From NCBI GenBank assembly GCA_020137815.1, contig CM035359.1, positions 6,262,001 to 6,326,000 of the forward strand: a stretch of 64,000 nucleotides of DNA. Direction: 5' to 3'. The DNA comes from Hormiphora californensis. Lineage: Eukaryota; Animalia; Ctenophora. Numbering within the stretch: the stretch's first letter is position 1; each line of letters opens with the position of its first letter. The translations under genes were made by a program, and so were the position numbers. Shown piece after piece: positions 10,801 to 21,734 of this stretch. The notes beneath the pieces were generated by a model. The model saw only the letters and a list, made by a program, of their open reading frames with translations. It did not search any database and was not told the origin of the DNA.

Positions 10801-10967
10801 ACAGCGAATGCTATGACTTAGTATCCCGGGGATTCAGCCGAGTGATTACTCTAGTAAAGATGTTCAGGAACCCGGCCACTGTGGCACAAGAAGAGATAAA
10901 AATGCGAGATATTCCGGCCATGCCAGTGGTAGCCGAAATTAGGGAGACACGCGGGCCAGCAATATAG
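7842..10967 (+). CDS. Intronless LDLa/Cys-rich ectodomain 7TM GPCR (GRL101-like but without LRRs), ~1041 aa
   Basis: Signal peptide [14 protein letters not shown] (ATG 7842). LDLa modules such as [30 protein letters not shown] and [14 protein letters not shown]. Seven TM helices with TM6 TDTTTWVPF and TM7 NSVMNPLLY. No LxxLxLxxN repeats seen. Confidence 0.92.
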   Translation: [1041 protein letters not shown]

Positions 10968-11350
10968 TCAAAGTATTGTATATTGACTTCAAACAGTATA
11001 TTTTGTTCGTGCAGTTTGTTTAGTTATATTTTACTTTATCTTTCTAAAGATTGCTCCTATTATTCTATTTGAAGTCAAATAACTCTTGTCCAGTCTTTCT
11101 CTTCTATTCAATCAGTCACTCAGAGAGCGGCTCGCTACATTTTTCGATGCAGTATCATTTGTTGCCAATCTGGTTTTATATAATAAAAACCCGGGTTTAT
11201 AGCGAGTCGCCCGCTAGGGTGATTCCCTACACTATAGATATTTCAAAAGTTTTAAAGCCCCTTAAAGTTTTAGTTACAGTGGTTTTCTAGAGCAGGTTGT
11301 AAAGAGATCCTGCGACGTATGATAATAGGGGTGGTCGACATAACATGTAC

Positions 11351-14300
11351 CTCCTTGTTAATTGTGTCTCCTGAGCCATCGCAAATAAGTGATTGTGGCA
11401 GATCGTTAGTTGAGGTCTTCTCTCCTCCGTGAAAATTGAACCTGCGAGAAATGAGTTGTCAGAGCCATATGTACAGTTCCTTATTGCCCCCATTGTTACC
11501 TTCCTTAAAATGTGGTACAGTTCCGTATTGCTCCCATTGTTACCTTCTATAAAATGTGGTACAGTTCAGTTCATCATCTCCCCCTGCACAGTCCTCTACT
11601 CCATCACACAACTTGCTAGTTGTGACCCAGCTGCCAGGGGTTGAGGTACAGTTGAACCCAATCCACTGACACACCTGTATTATAAGGGGAAATCAATTAG
11701 AATAAATCTGGAAACATAGCTGTCACTATCATGGAGAATATTTCTTGGCAATTTCGTCATTAGAGAACTTCTATAGAATGCAATTTAGAAACTCAACATT
11801 TAAAGACTGCAGTACAGAAATATCTTGACAACCCCCTCCCGACTACCCCCATATTACCTAGACAACCATCCCCTCTTACTGCACTTAAAATACCTTGAAT
11901 TCCTCGTCTCGACCATCCTGACAGTCGGTCACCCCATCACATAACTTCTCATTGTCAAACCAGCTAACTCCACCTAGAGCAGGACGGATCGTTATATCGT
12001 TATAGTTATATATACTGGAAAATACACCATCCCTCCCTCCATGCCTGGCTTGTAGTAATATACCCACCACGATTTGCAACTCTGACAGATAGAAAGAGGG
12101 AACAAGACACATGATACAGGGTGTTCATTTTGGATCTTTACAAGCGTTGGGCTTCACCCAGAAAAAAGTTGACAAGATTAGGTCATGAAACTTCATACTT
12201 GGACTATTCTGTACCCTCATTCAAGGTTCCTGGGGGTTTTGGAGCTTTAGGACCCCGGGAAGTGTGTTTTTGGCATCAAAACTACCAGAAGGAATTTTTT
12301 GCTGGTTCTGAGACTTTGCTAAAATGTTTTTTGGGTATTTTCTATGTCAATCCTAAAGTTTCATAGAGATTGGATGTGTTTTTCGGACTCAAAATTTCGT
12401 AAAAAGTGGCTGGAAACACTCAATTTTAGCCGTTTTTGAGCTGTTTTCGAGCCTTTCCAGCCACTTTTATCGAAATTTTGAGTCCGAAAAACACATCCAA
12501 TCTCTATGAAACTTTAGGATTGACATAGAAAATACCCAAAAAACATTTTAGCAAAGTCTCAGCACCAGCAAACAATTCCTTCTGGTAGATTTGATACCAA
12601 AAACACACTTCCCGGGGTGCTAGAGCTCCAAAACCCCCAGAAACCTTGAATGAGGGTATAGAATAGTCCAAGTATGAAGTTTCATGACCTGATCTTGTCA
12701 ACTTTTTTCTGGGTGAAGGCCAACGCTTGTAAAGATCCAAAATGAACACCCAGTACTTCAGAACCGGAAATGTCTGACAACTTCCTGAATCCTGGTCTGA
12801 ATTATCTGATCAATCATCTAGGAAGTTGTCAGATCTTTACACCATGCTGAACTAGATGTTACCATGTTTAACCATTATTTCCGGTATAATCTTATATTAT
12901 ACCGGAAATAATGGTTAAACATGGTAACATGTAGTTCAGCATGGTTTAGCAATCTGAGGGTGGAGACACACTGAAGTTGGGCGCGCTCGTTCAAATCTCA
13001 ACCGCGTGACACGCACTGAAGTTCGAAGTTCGAAGTTTCGCGGAAATTTTTAATCGACCATATTTGACTGATATAATGAGAAATCATTTGCAAGAGGCTA
13101 ATTTCGCTAAATTTACTGGTACATGTCTCGAGGTGTTCTTTATTTGCATGGCTAGACTGTGTTTCGGGCGCCCCTTTACAAATGTAAAGGGAGGGTTAGA
13201 ACATAACAGTGCTTCTTGTAGTCGTATTACCGTAATGGAAATACAGTAATGAGATGTGCACGTTGCATGACGCGCGGCAAAAAGTGCATATGTTCAGCAC
13301 GTACTAGCGCCCTGATTGGCCACGGTTGCGTGTCGTCTTACTGTATCTCAGTTTTCTATTACCTTCTTCCCACTACAAGCGACCGTGTAACAATTCTTTA
13401 TCCAAACAGAGTCAATTGCAATTTCACCGTTTTCGGACTTTCGGTATTTTCGCGTCGCCGAATTGACCGGATTAGCCAAAAATGCCAAAAACGGTGAAAT
13501 TGACTCTGTTTGGATAAATTACACCTCTAGAGATGTACCAGTAAAGGAAGAAGCCTCTTGCAAATCAGCAAATGATTTCTCAGTCAAAAATGGTTGATTC
13601 CAAATTTCCTTGAGACTTCGAACTTGCAGTGTGTGTCACGCGGTTGAGATTTGAACGAGTGCGCCCAACTTCAGTGTGTCTCCCCCCTGAATGGTTAAAA
13701 GTTTTATTATTCCTCCTCTGTTTTGGATAAGTAAGATCTATCACGTGACCTAACCCTAACCCTAGCTGTACAGTGTACACTGTACAGTGTACACCCACAC
13801 ACACAGCACCCTAACCCTAGCCTCTCCTGACCAATTAGGTTTTTGTCACGTGACCAATTATGGTTAGGTCACGTTGGTGCCAAATAAATTCACACTTTCG
13901 TTACCAACAGAAAGGTTAGATCTTTGCTGACGTATATAGTAGTAACTTGACAAATCAAGAGGAAGTGTCTCCAAATTATGTCGAAATAAAAGTTGTAAAA
14001 AATCTAATAAATGTGTGAAATGGTACATGACGTTGAGTCATGTGCCCCATATATAGCCTGATATATGGGTTTCAAACATATTCAAGAAGGACTTCGCTTT
14101 CCATAAAATTGAAATTTGGGGGAGAGAGAAAAGTGGAATAACAACCAGGAGGTTTACAGATTGTATCTATACTTTTACCGGGTTAAAAATGATGTTAATA
14201 TCCCTGAGTTGTAACCATGGTAACACATGATAACGAGATGTTACCATGGTAACACACGATAACGAGATGTTACCATGGTAACACGCACATACCTGTAGTG

Positions 14301-17300
14301 TTAACACATGAGAATCCCATGCTAACATCACAGTACATCTCGTCAACCCAGTTGCCGCAGTTGTTATTCCCATCACAGACGCTGTGCCCAGATATCCACT
14401 GGCCTGTATTACACCTAGCAGCAAAGAGAAAGAGAGAGAGAAAGTGGTTACACCTAGAGTGGTTACACAAAGAGAGATAGTGGTTACACCTAGAGTGGTT
14501 ACACAAAGAGAGATAGTGGTTACACCTAGACGTAGTAATTAAATAGTGGTAACAGGTAGCCTGGTAACGGCAAAACTCAGTCACCAGCTGTGGTAAAGAG
14601 AGACATGATTGGTATAATAGTGTATACCAATGGTTACCTTGTCAGGCACTGTACATCGTGCAGTGCGAAGAGGACGGTCTTATATGAGACAATGGTTACC
14701 ATGGTAACCTAGCTGATATAAGGGAACAAGCCCACAAACACGTCTCACACTGTGAAATGGGGTCATACAGTATGAAAGATACAGGTGCTAAAGGTGATAA
14801 TATAACTCACTGGAAAGTTGAGTCACATGCCTCCTTCTCGTCGGAGTGGTCGGCACAGTTTGGGTATCCATTACATATCTCTAGTCTGTTCACCACCTAA
14901 AATAATAGCATTTCAATTGGGGTATCCGTTACATATCTCTAGTCTGTTCACCACCTAAAATAATAGCATTTCAGTTGGGGTACCCGTTACATATCTCTAG
15001 TCTGTTCACCACCTAAAATAATAGCATTTCAAGCTTTTTATTTCATTGTACTTTAATACCTGTGTTATCTCACTTCTCGCTTTCATGTGTAGCTCACATC
15101 GCATTTTTATTAATAAAATGAGCGAGCACGCTCTTTGAAGGTTCGGCAGAACCTTTCTAGCATTTGAAAAATACGAGCCACCATTTAATTGCGCCGGTGA
15201 GCACAATAACCACTGACGTAATATGACAGCTCTTAATATTTAGAGCTTTCAGATCACCCGTCGCGTCGTACAATTTCTAAGACATCACTGATCCCCCCCC
15301 CCCCCCCCCCCCCCCCCGTACAAATAGTAATTTAACAAGACATCACCCACGGCCGTGCTCTCTATCTATCTCTTTTTCACGTGGAATGAAATAACCTCGC
15401 CCCAGTTTCTAGTGAGATATAATTTGTATGAGACACACTATATTCTCCTTACATTTTGTTGCATTTTCAATTTCCAACAGCTGCTGGCAACTGCAGCTTA
15501 GTGCCATGGCTTGGAAGCTGCAATTCGTCCATCAACACATGTTGATTGATGACGTCATCTCTCATCGCCGCTACTTCACACACTACTCAAACTCTACAGC
15601 TAGCTATGAATGCAGAGTTCTAAAGCTAGAGTGGCCATGTTAATACACAACATGGGAACAATGTTGTCACACACATAATAGTAGAGATATAAACGGTAGA
15701 GATATAGATAGTAGAGATATAAACGGTTCGTGCAGAATCTCCTTTTTCAAATATATCTGATGGTGGCCTAGTTCCGACCCTCACCCGCTGCTGCACCTGA
15801 GCTGCATCCCACAAGGTAACGTGTTGGTAACGAAGTGCAAATGCCGTCAGGGTGGTATAGCAGCTGCAGGATTGCGTGATGTACCCAACAATTCACTAGG
15901 ATTTACCAGTATCTTATACTGGAGAGCAGGAACCGACCGAATCCGGAAATACTGGTCCCTGATTGGCTGATAACCAGTCACGTGACCTTAATAAAGAGTT
16001 CTGATTGGTTGTTTACTTGTTTCGGTCGGTTCCTGCCGTATTACGTATACTAACCTTCCAGGGTGCGGAGAGGCAGTTGAATGTTCCCGGACAACCCTGA
16101 TCTTCTGTGTTATCAGTACAAACTGAACCCAGTCCGTCACAAACATGATCACTTCCAGCACAAAGTGGCCCAGCCTGCAGAGACATGTTATTGTATGAAT
16201 CTCTCTTTTACTCTCGTTCATAAAACTAACTATCTCTCCTGCATCTCTCCAATTATAGTTATTGTAAGTATCTCTCTTTTGCTCTCACTAACAATCTCTC
16301 CTGCATCTCTCCAATTAGTTATTGTATTAATCTCACTGTTGCTCTCACTAACTATCTCTCCTGCATCTCTCCAATTAGTTATTGTATGAATCTCTCTGAA
16401 TTGCTCTCACAATCTCTCCTCCAGTTACCCGGTCAGTAGTGTTGAACCCCCTGCAGAACTTGCTGCCGGCACAGTTGCACTCATCCCAGCCATCATTACA
16501 CTGATTTACCCCGTCACATAACTGGGGGAGATAATTATATTAGCTGAATTAGCACACAAATTCAACTTAGATATATAATTCAACTTAATTAATTCATATA
16601 TTGACACACATAATTTTGGATTGAAATTACAATGGATGAGTTTTATTATTTTTACAGTGGTTCTTGATAGATTTGAGTGCCGTTTATCTGATCTCGTGAT
16701 CGTGGTTACGCGTTATGGTGGATATATAATTAGGCACTTTTTGAGTAAGATATTTAGCAAATATAAACTGTATGCGAGATAAACTGCATGCGAGATAAAA
16801 GGTTTTAGAGATACCTAAAAGGTGTTAGAGATAGCGATCAACTAAACTAGGTGGATAGTGCTAAAAGGTAGTGTGTATCCCAGACCCGAATATTTGGTAG
16901 TATGAAAGATTAGGTCGTGCGCGCCAAATGGCGCCATCAAATTCGCCAAATGGCGCCACGTGGCGAACAAATGGCGCCATTTGGCGCCAAAATGTGGCGA
17001 GTGCGCACTATCGCCAAATGGCGCCATTTCTGGCGCCAAATGGCGCCAAATCTGGCGCCACGTGGCGCCACGTGGCGCCAGTGGCGATCGCCATTCGCCA
17101 AATGTTGGCGACTCTTGGCGGTATCGCCACGTGGCGATGGTATGAAGTCTGAAAAAAACATGCGCAAAATTTTTATCGCCAAATGGCGCCATTTGGCGCC
17201 ATTAAGTGATCAGGAGATCAAGTCGCCAAATGGCGCCGTTTGGCGCCAATCGTCACAAAGTGGCGCCAAATGGCGCCATTCGGCGAATTTTTCGCCATAT

Positions 17301-20300
17301 GGCGCCGTTTGGCGCCACTTGGCGATACTCATCGCCAAACATCGCCATTTGGCGCAAATTGTCGATGTATCAATAATATTTTTATTGGTTTTCAAAGTAG
17401 GACACTCGCCGTTCTGCGCCACGTGGCGCCAACTGGCGATTAATTCGCCAAATGGTGCCGTTTGTCGCCATTTGGCGCCATATGGCGACAAATGTTTGTC
17501 AAACGATTGTCGCCATATGGCGCCATTTGTCGCCATTTGGCGCCTAACGTCGCCATTTGGCGCCAAATGTCGCCATATAGCGCCAAATTTTTGTCAAATT
17601 TTTGTCGCCATTTGGCGCCAAACGTCGCCATATGGCGCCATTTGTCGCCACTTGGCGCCGAACGTCGCCATCTGGCGCCAAATGTCGCCATATAGCGCCA
17701 AATGGCGACATATGGCGCAAAATGTTTGCCAAATGTTAGTCGCCATTTGGCGCCAAATTTTTGTCAAATGTTTGTCGCCATCTGGCGCCACTTGGCGCCG
17801 AACGTCGCCATTTGTCGCCACTTGGCGCCGAACGTCGCCATTTGGCGCCAAATGGCGACGTTCGGCGCCAAATGGCGCCAGATGGCGACAAACATTTGAC
17901 AAAAATTTGGCGCCATATGGCGCCAAATGGCGACGTTTGGCGCCAGATGGCGACGTTTGGCGACAAATGGCGACTAACATTTGACAAACAGTTTGCGCCA
18001 TATGTCGCCACTTGAGTTGTGCAGCAAGACTTATCTCTTTTTGCACAGCTCTCCGATCTCGTTTCAAACGAGCGATCTTGGGTTTTCCCAGCGAACATGG
18101 TATATCCAGCGACTAAACCGAAACGAATCATAATATGTAACCATAGTTCACATTTAATCTCTATTATTTGCCTCCACCCACCCCTCCGCCCACCCCCCCA
18201 CCCCACCCCTCCTCCCCACCCACCTCCCCCGCCTCACCCGTCCCAAAGTAGAGGACTTTCTGAAACAGGTTACTATAGAGACAATCCTTGTGTTCTAATT
18301 CGCTAAGTCGCTTATCGCGTGTAAGTGTGTAACAACTCACAAATGTGAGTACAATACCCGTCCTGCCACTTATAATGCAAACCTACCATATGACAGACCA
18401 ATTCAAGATACTATAATACTATAATAATGAAACCCCAAACACCTAATATGCGGGTGACCTAAAATCCTAAAAACGGAGGCAAAACCTCGTACAATAATTA
18501 TTATTATACATAGGTTAACCTATGTAAAACGATAATAAACCACACCGCGTTAACTATCAAGCTAATCGAGACAGCTCAAGAATAGAAAGCGACATCCCCT
18601 CTTGTCGCAGGGGGATAGAGCCACGGAGCCAAGAATCACAGAAAGAAGAATCAAGATTCTGCGACTCTCGAAGGAGTTTAGCCTCCCGAACCCGAAGCCA
18701 CCTATAATGCGAACCTGTCCTGTGGTCAGTTCCTGATGGTGGGGGAGGGGAGGGGGGCTATTCTCCTAGTGCCGGCGATATCGCTTTGCGATAGTCCCAT
18801 GTGGGCTTGCCGTTGGCAAGCCCAGGCACTCCGTAGATAGATAGTTAGATGTCGCCACTTGGCGCCATATGGCGACATTTGGCGCCAAATGGCGATGTTC
18901 GGCGCCAAGTGGCGCCATATGGCGACGTTTGGCGACAAACGTTTGACAAAAATTTGGCGCCATATGGCGCCAAATGGCGACGTTTGGCGCCAGATGGCGA
19001 CATTTGGCGCCAAATGGCGACGTTTAGCGCCAACTGGCGACATTTGGCGCCGTTCGGCGCCAATTGGCGATTTTTTCGCCAAATGGCGCCACGCGGCGCC
19101 GAGTGGCGAGCGTCATATTTTGGAAAGCATTGAAAATTTGCTATTCTTATCGCAAAATGGCGCCATTTGGCGATAAATATGTTGCGCATGTTTTTTTCAG
19201 ACTTCATACCATCGCCACGTGGCGATACCGCCAAGAGTCGCCAATATTTGGCGAATGGCGATCGCCACTGGCGCCACGCGGCGCCAGATTTGGCGCCAGA
19301 AATGGCGCCATTTGGCGATAGTGCGCACTCGCCACATTTTGGCGCCAAATGGCGCCATTTGTTCGCCGCGTGGCGCCATTTGGCGAATATGATGGCGCCA
19401 TTTGGCGCCATATGGCGCCATTTGGCGCGCACGACCTAATCTTTCATACTACCGAATATTTTATACCATCAGAAACGATTTACTGTCCGATCGGACTGTC
19501 ATAGTGAAGCTTTAAAATCACATCTTGTGAAATTTAGTTCAAGATATATTCGGGAATTTGAAGACAGATCTTTATCGTGAAAGCTGTGATTATGCAGAAG
19601 GACACAATATCAAATGTAATTAATTATACTCATTAATTATGTAATACCTCAGCGGGAGAGACCAGAGTTTGTCCGTTGGGGCACACACTGAAAGACGCAC
19701 ACTCGTACCCAACAGACTCTCCTATCATTACAGCATGGCACTCTCCACATTCCTGAAGAACTGCAAGACACTCCTCAACTCTGGATTTACAGTGGGACTG
19801 GGTGTACCTGTAACGGGTCTTTGTTAGGGTTGTCTGTTTGTCTGTCTCTAATTTGTTAGGGTTGTCTGTTTGTCTGTCTCTTTGTTAGGGTTGTCTCTTT
19901 GTCTGTCACTTTGTTAGGGTTGTCTCTTTGTTTGTCTCTTTGTTAGGGTTGTCTGTTTGTCTGTCTCTTTGTTAGGGTTGTCTGTTTGTCTGTCTCTTTG
20001 TTAGGGTTGTCTGTTTGTTTGTTAGGACTTCTAAGGGGCCGGGATAATGGCCGTAACATTTATTACAATATTTCAATTTCTGGGGGGGTCTGACTTCATG
20101 TTATACCTGTCAGGGCAGTTGCACTCATCGTCTCCACACTCCACTATACCGTTACAGGGGGTACATCCACCGCACAGGTCCACCAGAAACAACAACACTG
20201 GGAATCATTGAAGGGGATTACAAACTGGCAAAGGAGTGGAACTGTAAGGGGTGGAACTGTAAGGAGTGGAACTGTAAGGGGTGGAACTGTAAGGGGTGGA

Positions 20301-21500
20301 ACTGTAAGGGGTGGAACTGTAAGGGGTGGAACTGTAAGGGGTGGAACCGTAAGGGGTGGAACTGTAAGGGGTGGAACTGTAAGGGGTGGAACTGTAAGGG
20401 GTGGAACTGTAAGGAGTGGAACTGTAAGGGGTGGAACAGTAAGGGGTGGAACTGTAAGGTGTGGAACTGTAAGGTGTGGAACTGTAAGGGGTGGAACTGT
20501 AAGGGGTGGAACTGTAAGGGGTGGAACTGTAAGGGGTGGAACTGTAAGGGGTGGAACTGTAAGGGGTGGAACTGTAAGGGGTGGAACTGTAAGGGGTGGA
20601 ACTGTAAGGGGTGGAACTGTAAGGGGTGGAACTGTAAGGGGTGGAACTGTAAGGGGTGGAACTGTAAGGGGTGGAACTGTAAGGGATGGAACTGTAAGGG
20701 GTGGAACTGTAAGGGGTGGAACTGTAAGGGGTGGAACTGTAAGGGGTGGAACTGTAAGGTGTGGAACTGTAAGGGGTGGAACTGTAAGGGGTGGAACTGT
20801 AAGGGGTGGAACTGTAAGGGGTGGAACTGTAAGGAGTGGAACTGTAAGGGGTGGAACCGTAAGGGGTGGAACTGTAAGGGGTGGAACTGTAAGGGGTGGA
20901 ACTGTAAGGGGTGGAACTGTAAGGGGTGGAACTGTAAGGGGTGGAACTGTAAGGGGTGGAACTGTAAGGGGTGGAACTGTAAGGGGTGGAACTGTAAGGG
21001 GTGGAACTGTATGGGGTGGAACTGTAAGGGGTGGAACTGTAAGGGGTGGAACTGTAGGGGTGGAACTGTAAGGGGTGCAGAACTGTAAGGGGTGGAACTG
21101 TAAGGGGTGGAACTGTAAGGGGTGGAACTGTATGGGGTGGAACTGTAAGGGGTGGAACTGTAAGGGGTGCAGAACTGTAAGGGGTGGAACTGTAAGGGGT
21201 GGAACTGTAAGGGGTGGAACTGTAAGGGGTGGAACTGTAAGGGGTGGAACTGTAAGGGGTGGAACTGTAAGGGGTGGAACTGTAAGGGGTGGAACTGTAA
21301 GGGGTGGAACTGTAAGGGGTGGAACTGTAAGGGGAAACTCTAACTGAATGGCATCCCATTAATGGGATGGAACTGTAAGGGGTGGAACATGTTACGGGGT
21401 GGAACTGTAAGGGCAATCATTGGAGGAACACGATTGGTAGTGACAATAATTCCATACCCAATGCAAGTCGAAGATGAAACGCAGAACATCCATTTTTCAT
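11351..21500 (-). CDS. Multi-exon secreted or membrane LDLa-repeat protein (5' part)
   Basis: Phase-consistent GT-AG exons assembled by hand: 21458-21500, 20107-20197, 19648-19807, 16429-16521, 16055-16174, ~14811-14896, ~14293-14414, ~11894-11973, 11544-11674, 11351-11441. They give signal peptide MKNGCSAFHLRLALVLLFLVDLCGG followed by LDLa units, e.g. FQCNTGQWISGHSVCDGNNNCGNWVDEMYC and LCDGVEDCAGGDDELNC. No stop codon is reached. Confidence 0.85.
12117..12753. mobile_element. Palindromic Tc1/mariner-type MITE, family A copy 2
   Basis: TA|CAGGGTGTTCATTTTGG...AATGAACACCCAG|TA; homologous to 7134-7813. Confidence 0.92.
12955..13689. mobile_element. MITE-like element with ~70-bp terminal inverted repeats
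   Basis: GGAGACACACTGAAGTTGGGCGCGCTCGTTCAAATCTCAACCGCGTGACAC is mirrored at ~13630-13684. An internal segment (13150-13208) recurs at ~30519-30580. No clear TSD. Confidence 0.65.
14861..15031. repeat. Tandem triplication (~57 bp) spanning an intron-exon junction
   Basis: GGGTATCCRTTACATATCTCTAGTCTGTTCACCACCTAAAATAATAGCATTTCA x3, containing the acceptor and first codons of an LDLa exon. Confidence 0.9.
15927..16035. mobile_element. ~109-bp hAT-type MITE, family B
   Basis: TIR CAGGAACCGACCGAA...TTCGGTCGGTTCCTG. Other copies at 56004-56114 (8-bp TSD ACCCATGG) and 59101-59205 (inverted). Confidence 0.8.
16200..16420. repeat. Tandem repeat, ~60-bp unit, ~3.5 copies (intronic)
   Basis: Recurring ...CTATCTCTCCTGCATCTCTCCAATTAGTTATTGTA... 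Confidence 0.8.
16896..19453. mobile_element. Foldback-type non-autonomous DNA transposon with GGCGCC-rich modular arms and 8-bp TSD
   Basis: GAATATTT|GGTAGTATGAAAGATTAGGTCGTGCGCGCC...GGCGCGCACGACCTAATCTTTCATACTACC|GAATATTT. Arms (16896-~18015 and ~18848-19453) are built from ~11-bp TGGCGCCANNN-type subunits around a unique ~830-bp core. Confidence 0.88.
19820..20025. repeat. Tandem repeat, ~29-bp unit, ~7 copies
   Basis: Unit TTTGTTAGGGTTGTCTGTTTGTCTGTCTC. Confidence 0.9.
20231..21335. repeat. 15-bp minisatellite (GGGGTGGAACTGTAA)n, ~73 copies, in intron 1 of the LDLa gene
   Basis: Highly homogeneous array, degenerating towards ~21413. The overlapping (SSTPY)n, (GGTVR)n and (WNCKG)n ORFs are by-products of the repeat. 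Confidence 0.97.
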
Positions 21501-21734
21501 TCTACAAAAGGTGCATCTGTTGAAATATTATATATATATATTATATTATATATTATATATATTATATATATATATATATATATACTTTAAACAAATTAAT
21601 TTGAGAGTTAATTTTCTATTCTCCGATATCTTTGAGTAACGCAAATCTCTTTCACTTGGGCTTTTTGTGAACGTTATTTGAGTTTTGGGGATAGTATTAA
21701 TCTCTGTCCAGGAGTGTGAGCCAGGTGTTTTAGG

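Noticed and set aside
11570-11590. Suspected frameshift in an LDLa exon
   Set aside because: Recounting the C-run (5) restores DCAGGDDELNC in frame.
13749-13825. Telomeric CCCTAA repeats (also TTAGGG within the 19820 repeat)
   Set aside because: Only 2-3 units; too short to call an interstitial telomere.
16842-19439. Many overlapping WRH/MAP/SPNG ORFs
   Set aside because: Stop-poor GGCGCC repeat open in several frames on both strands; non-coding element with a TSD.
20205-21416. 403-aa (SSTPY)n extensin/CTD-like ORF
   Set aside because: Minisatellite inside a phase-consistent intron; open in three frames, with frame-shifting unit variants.
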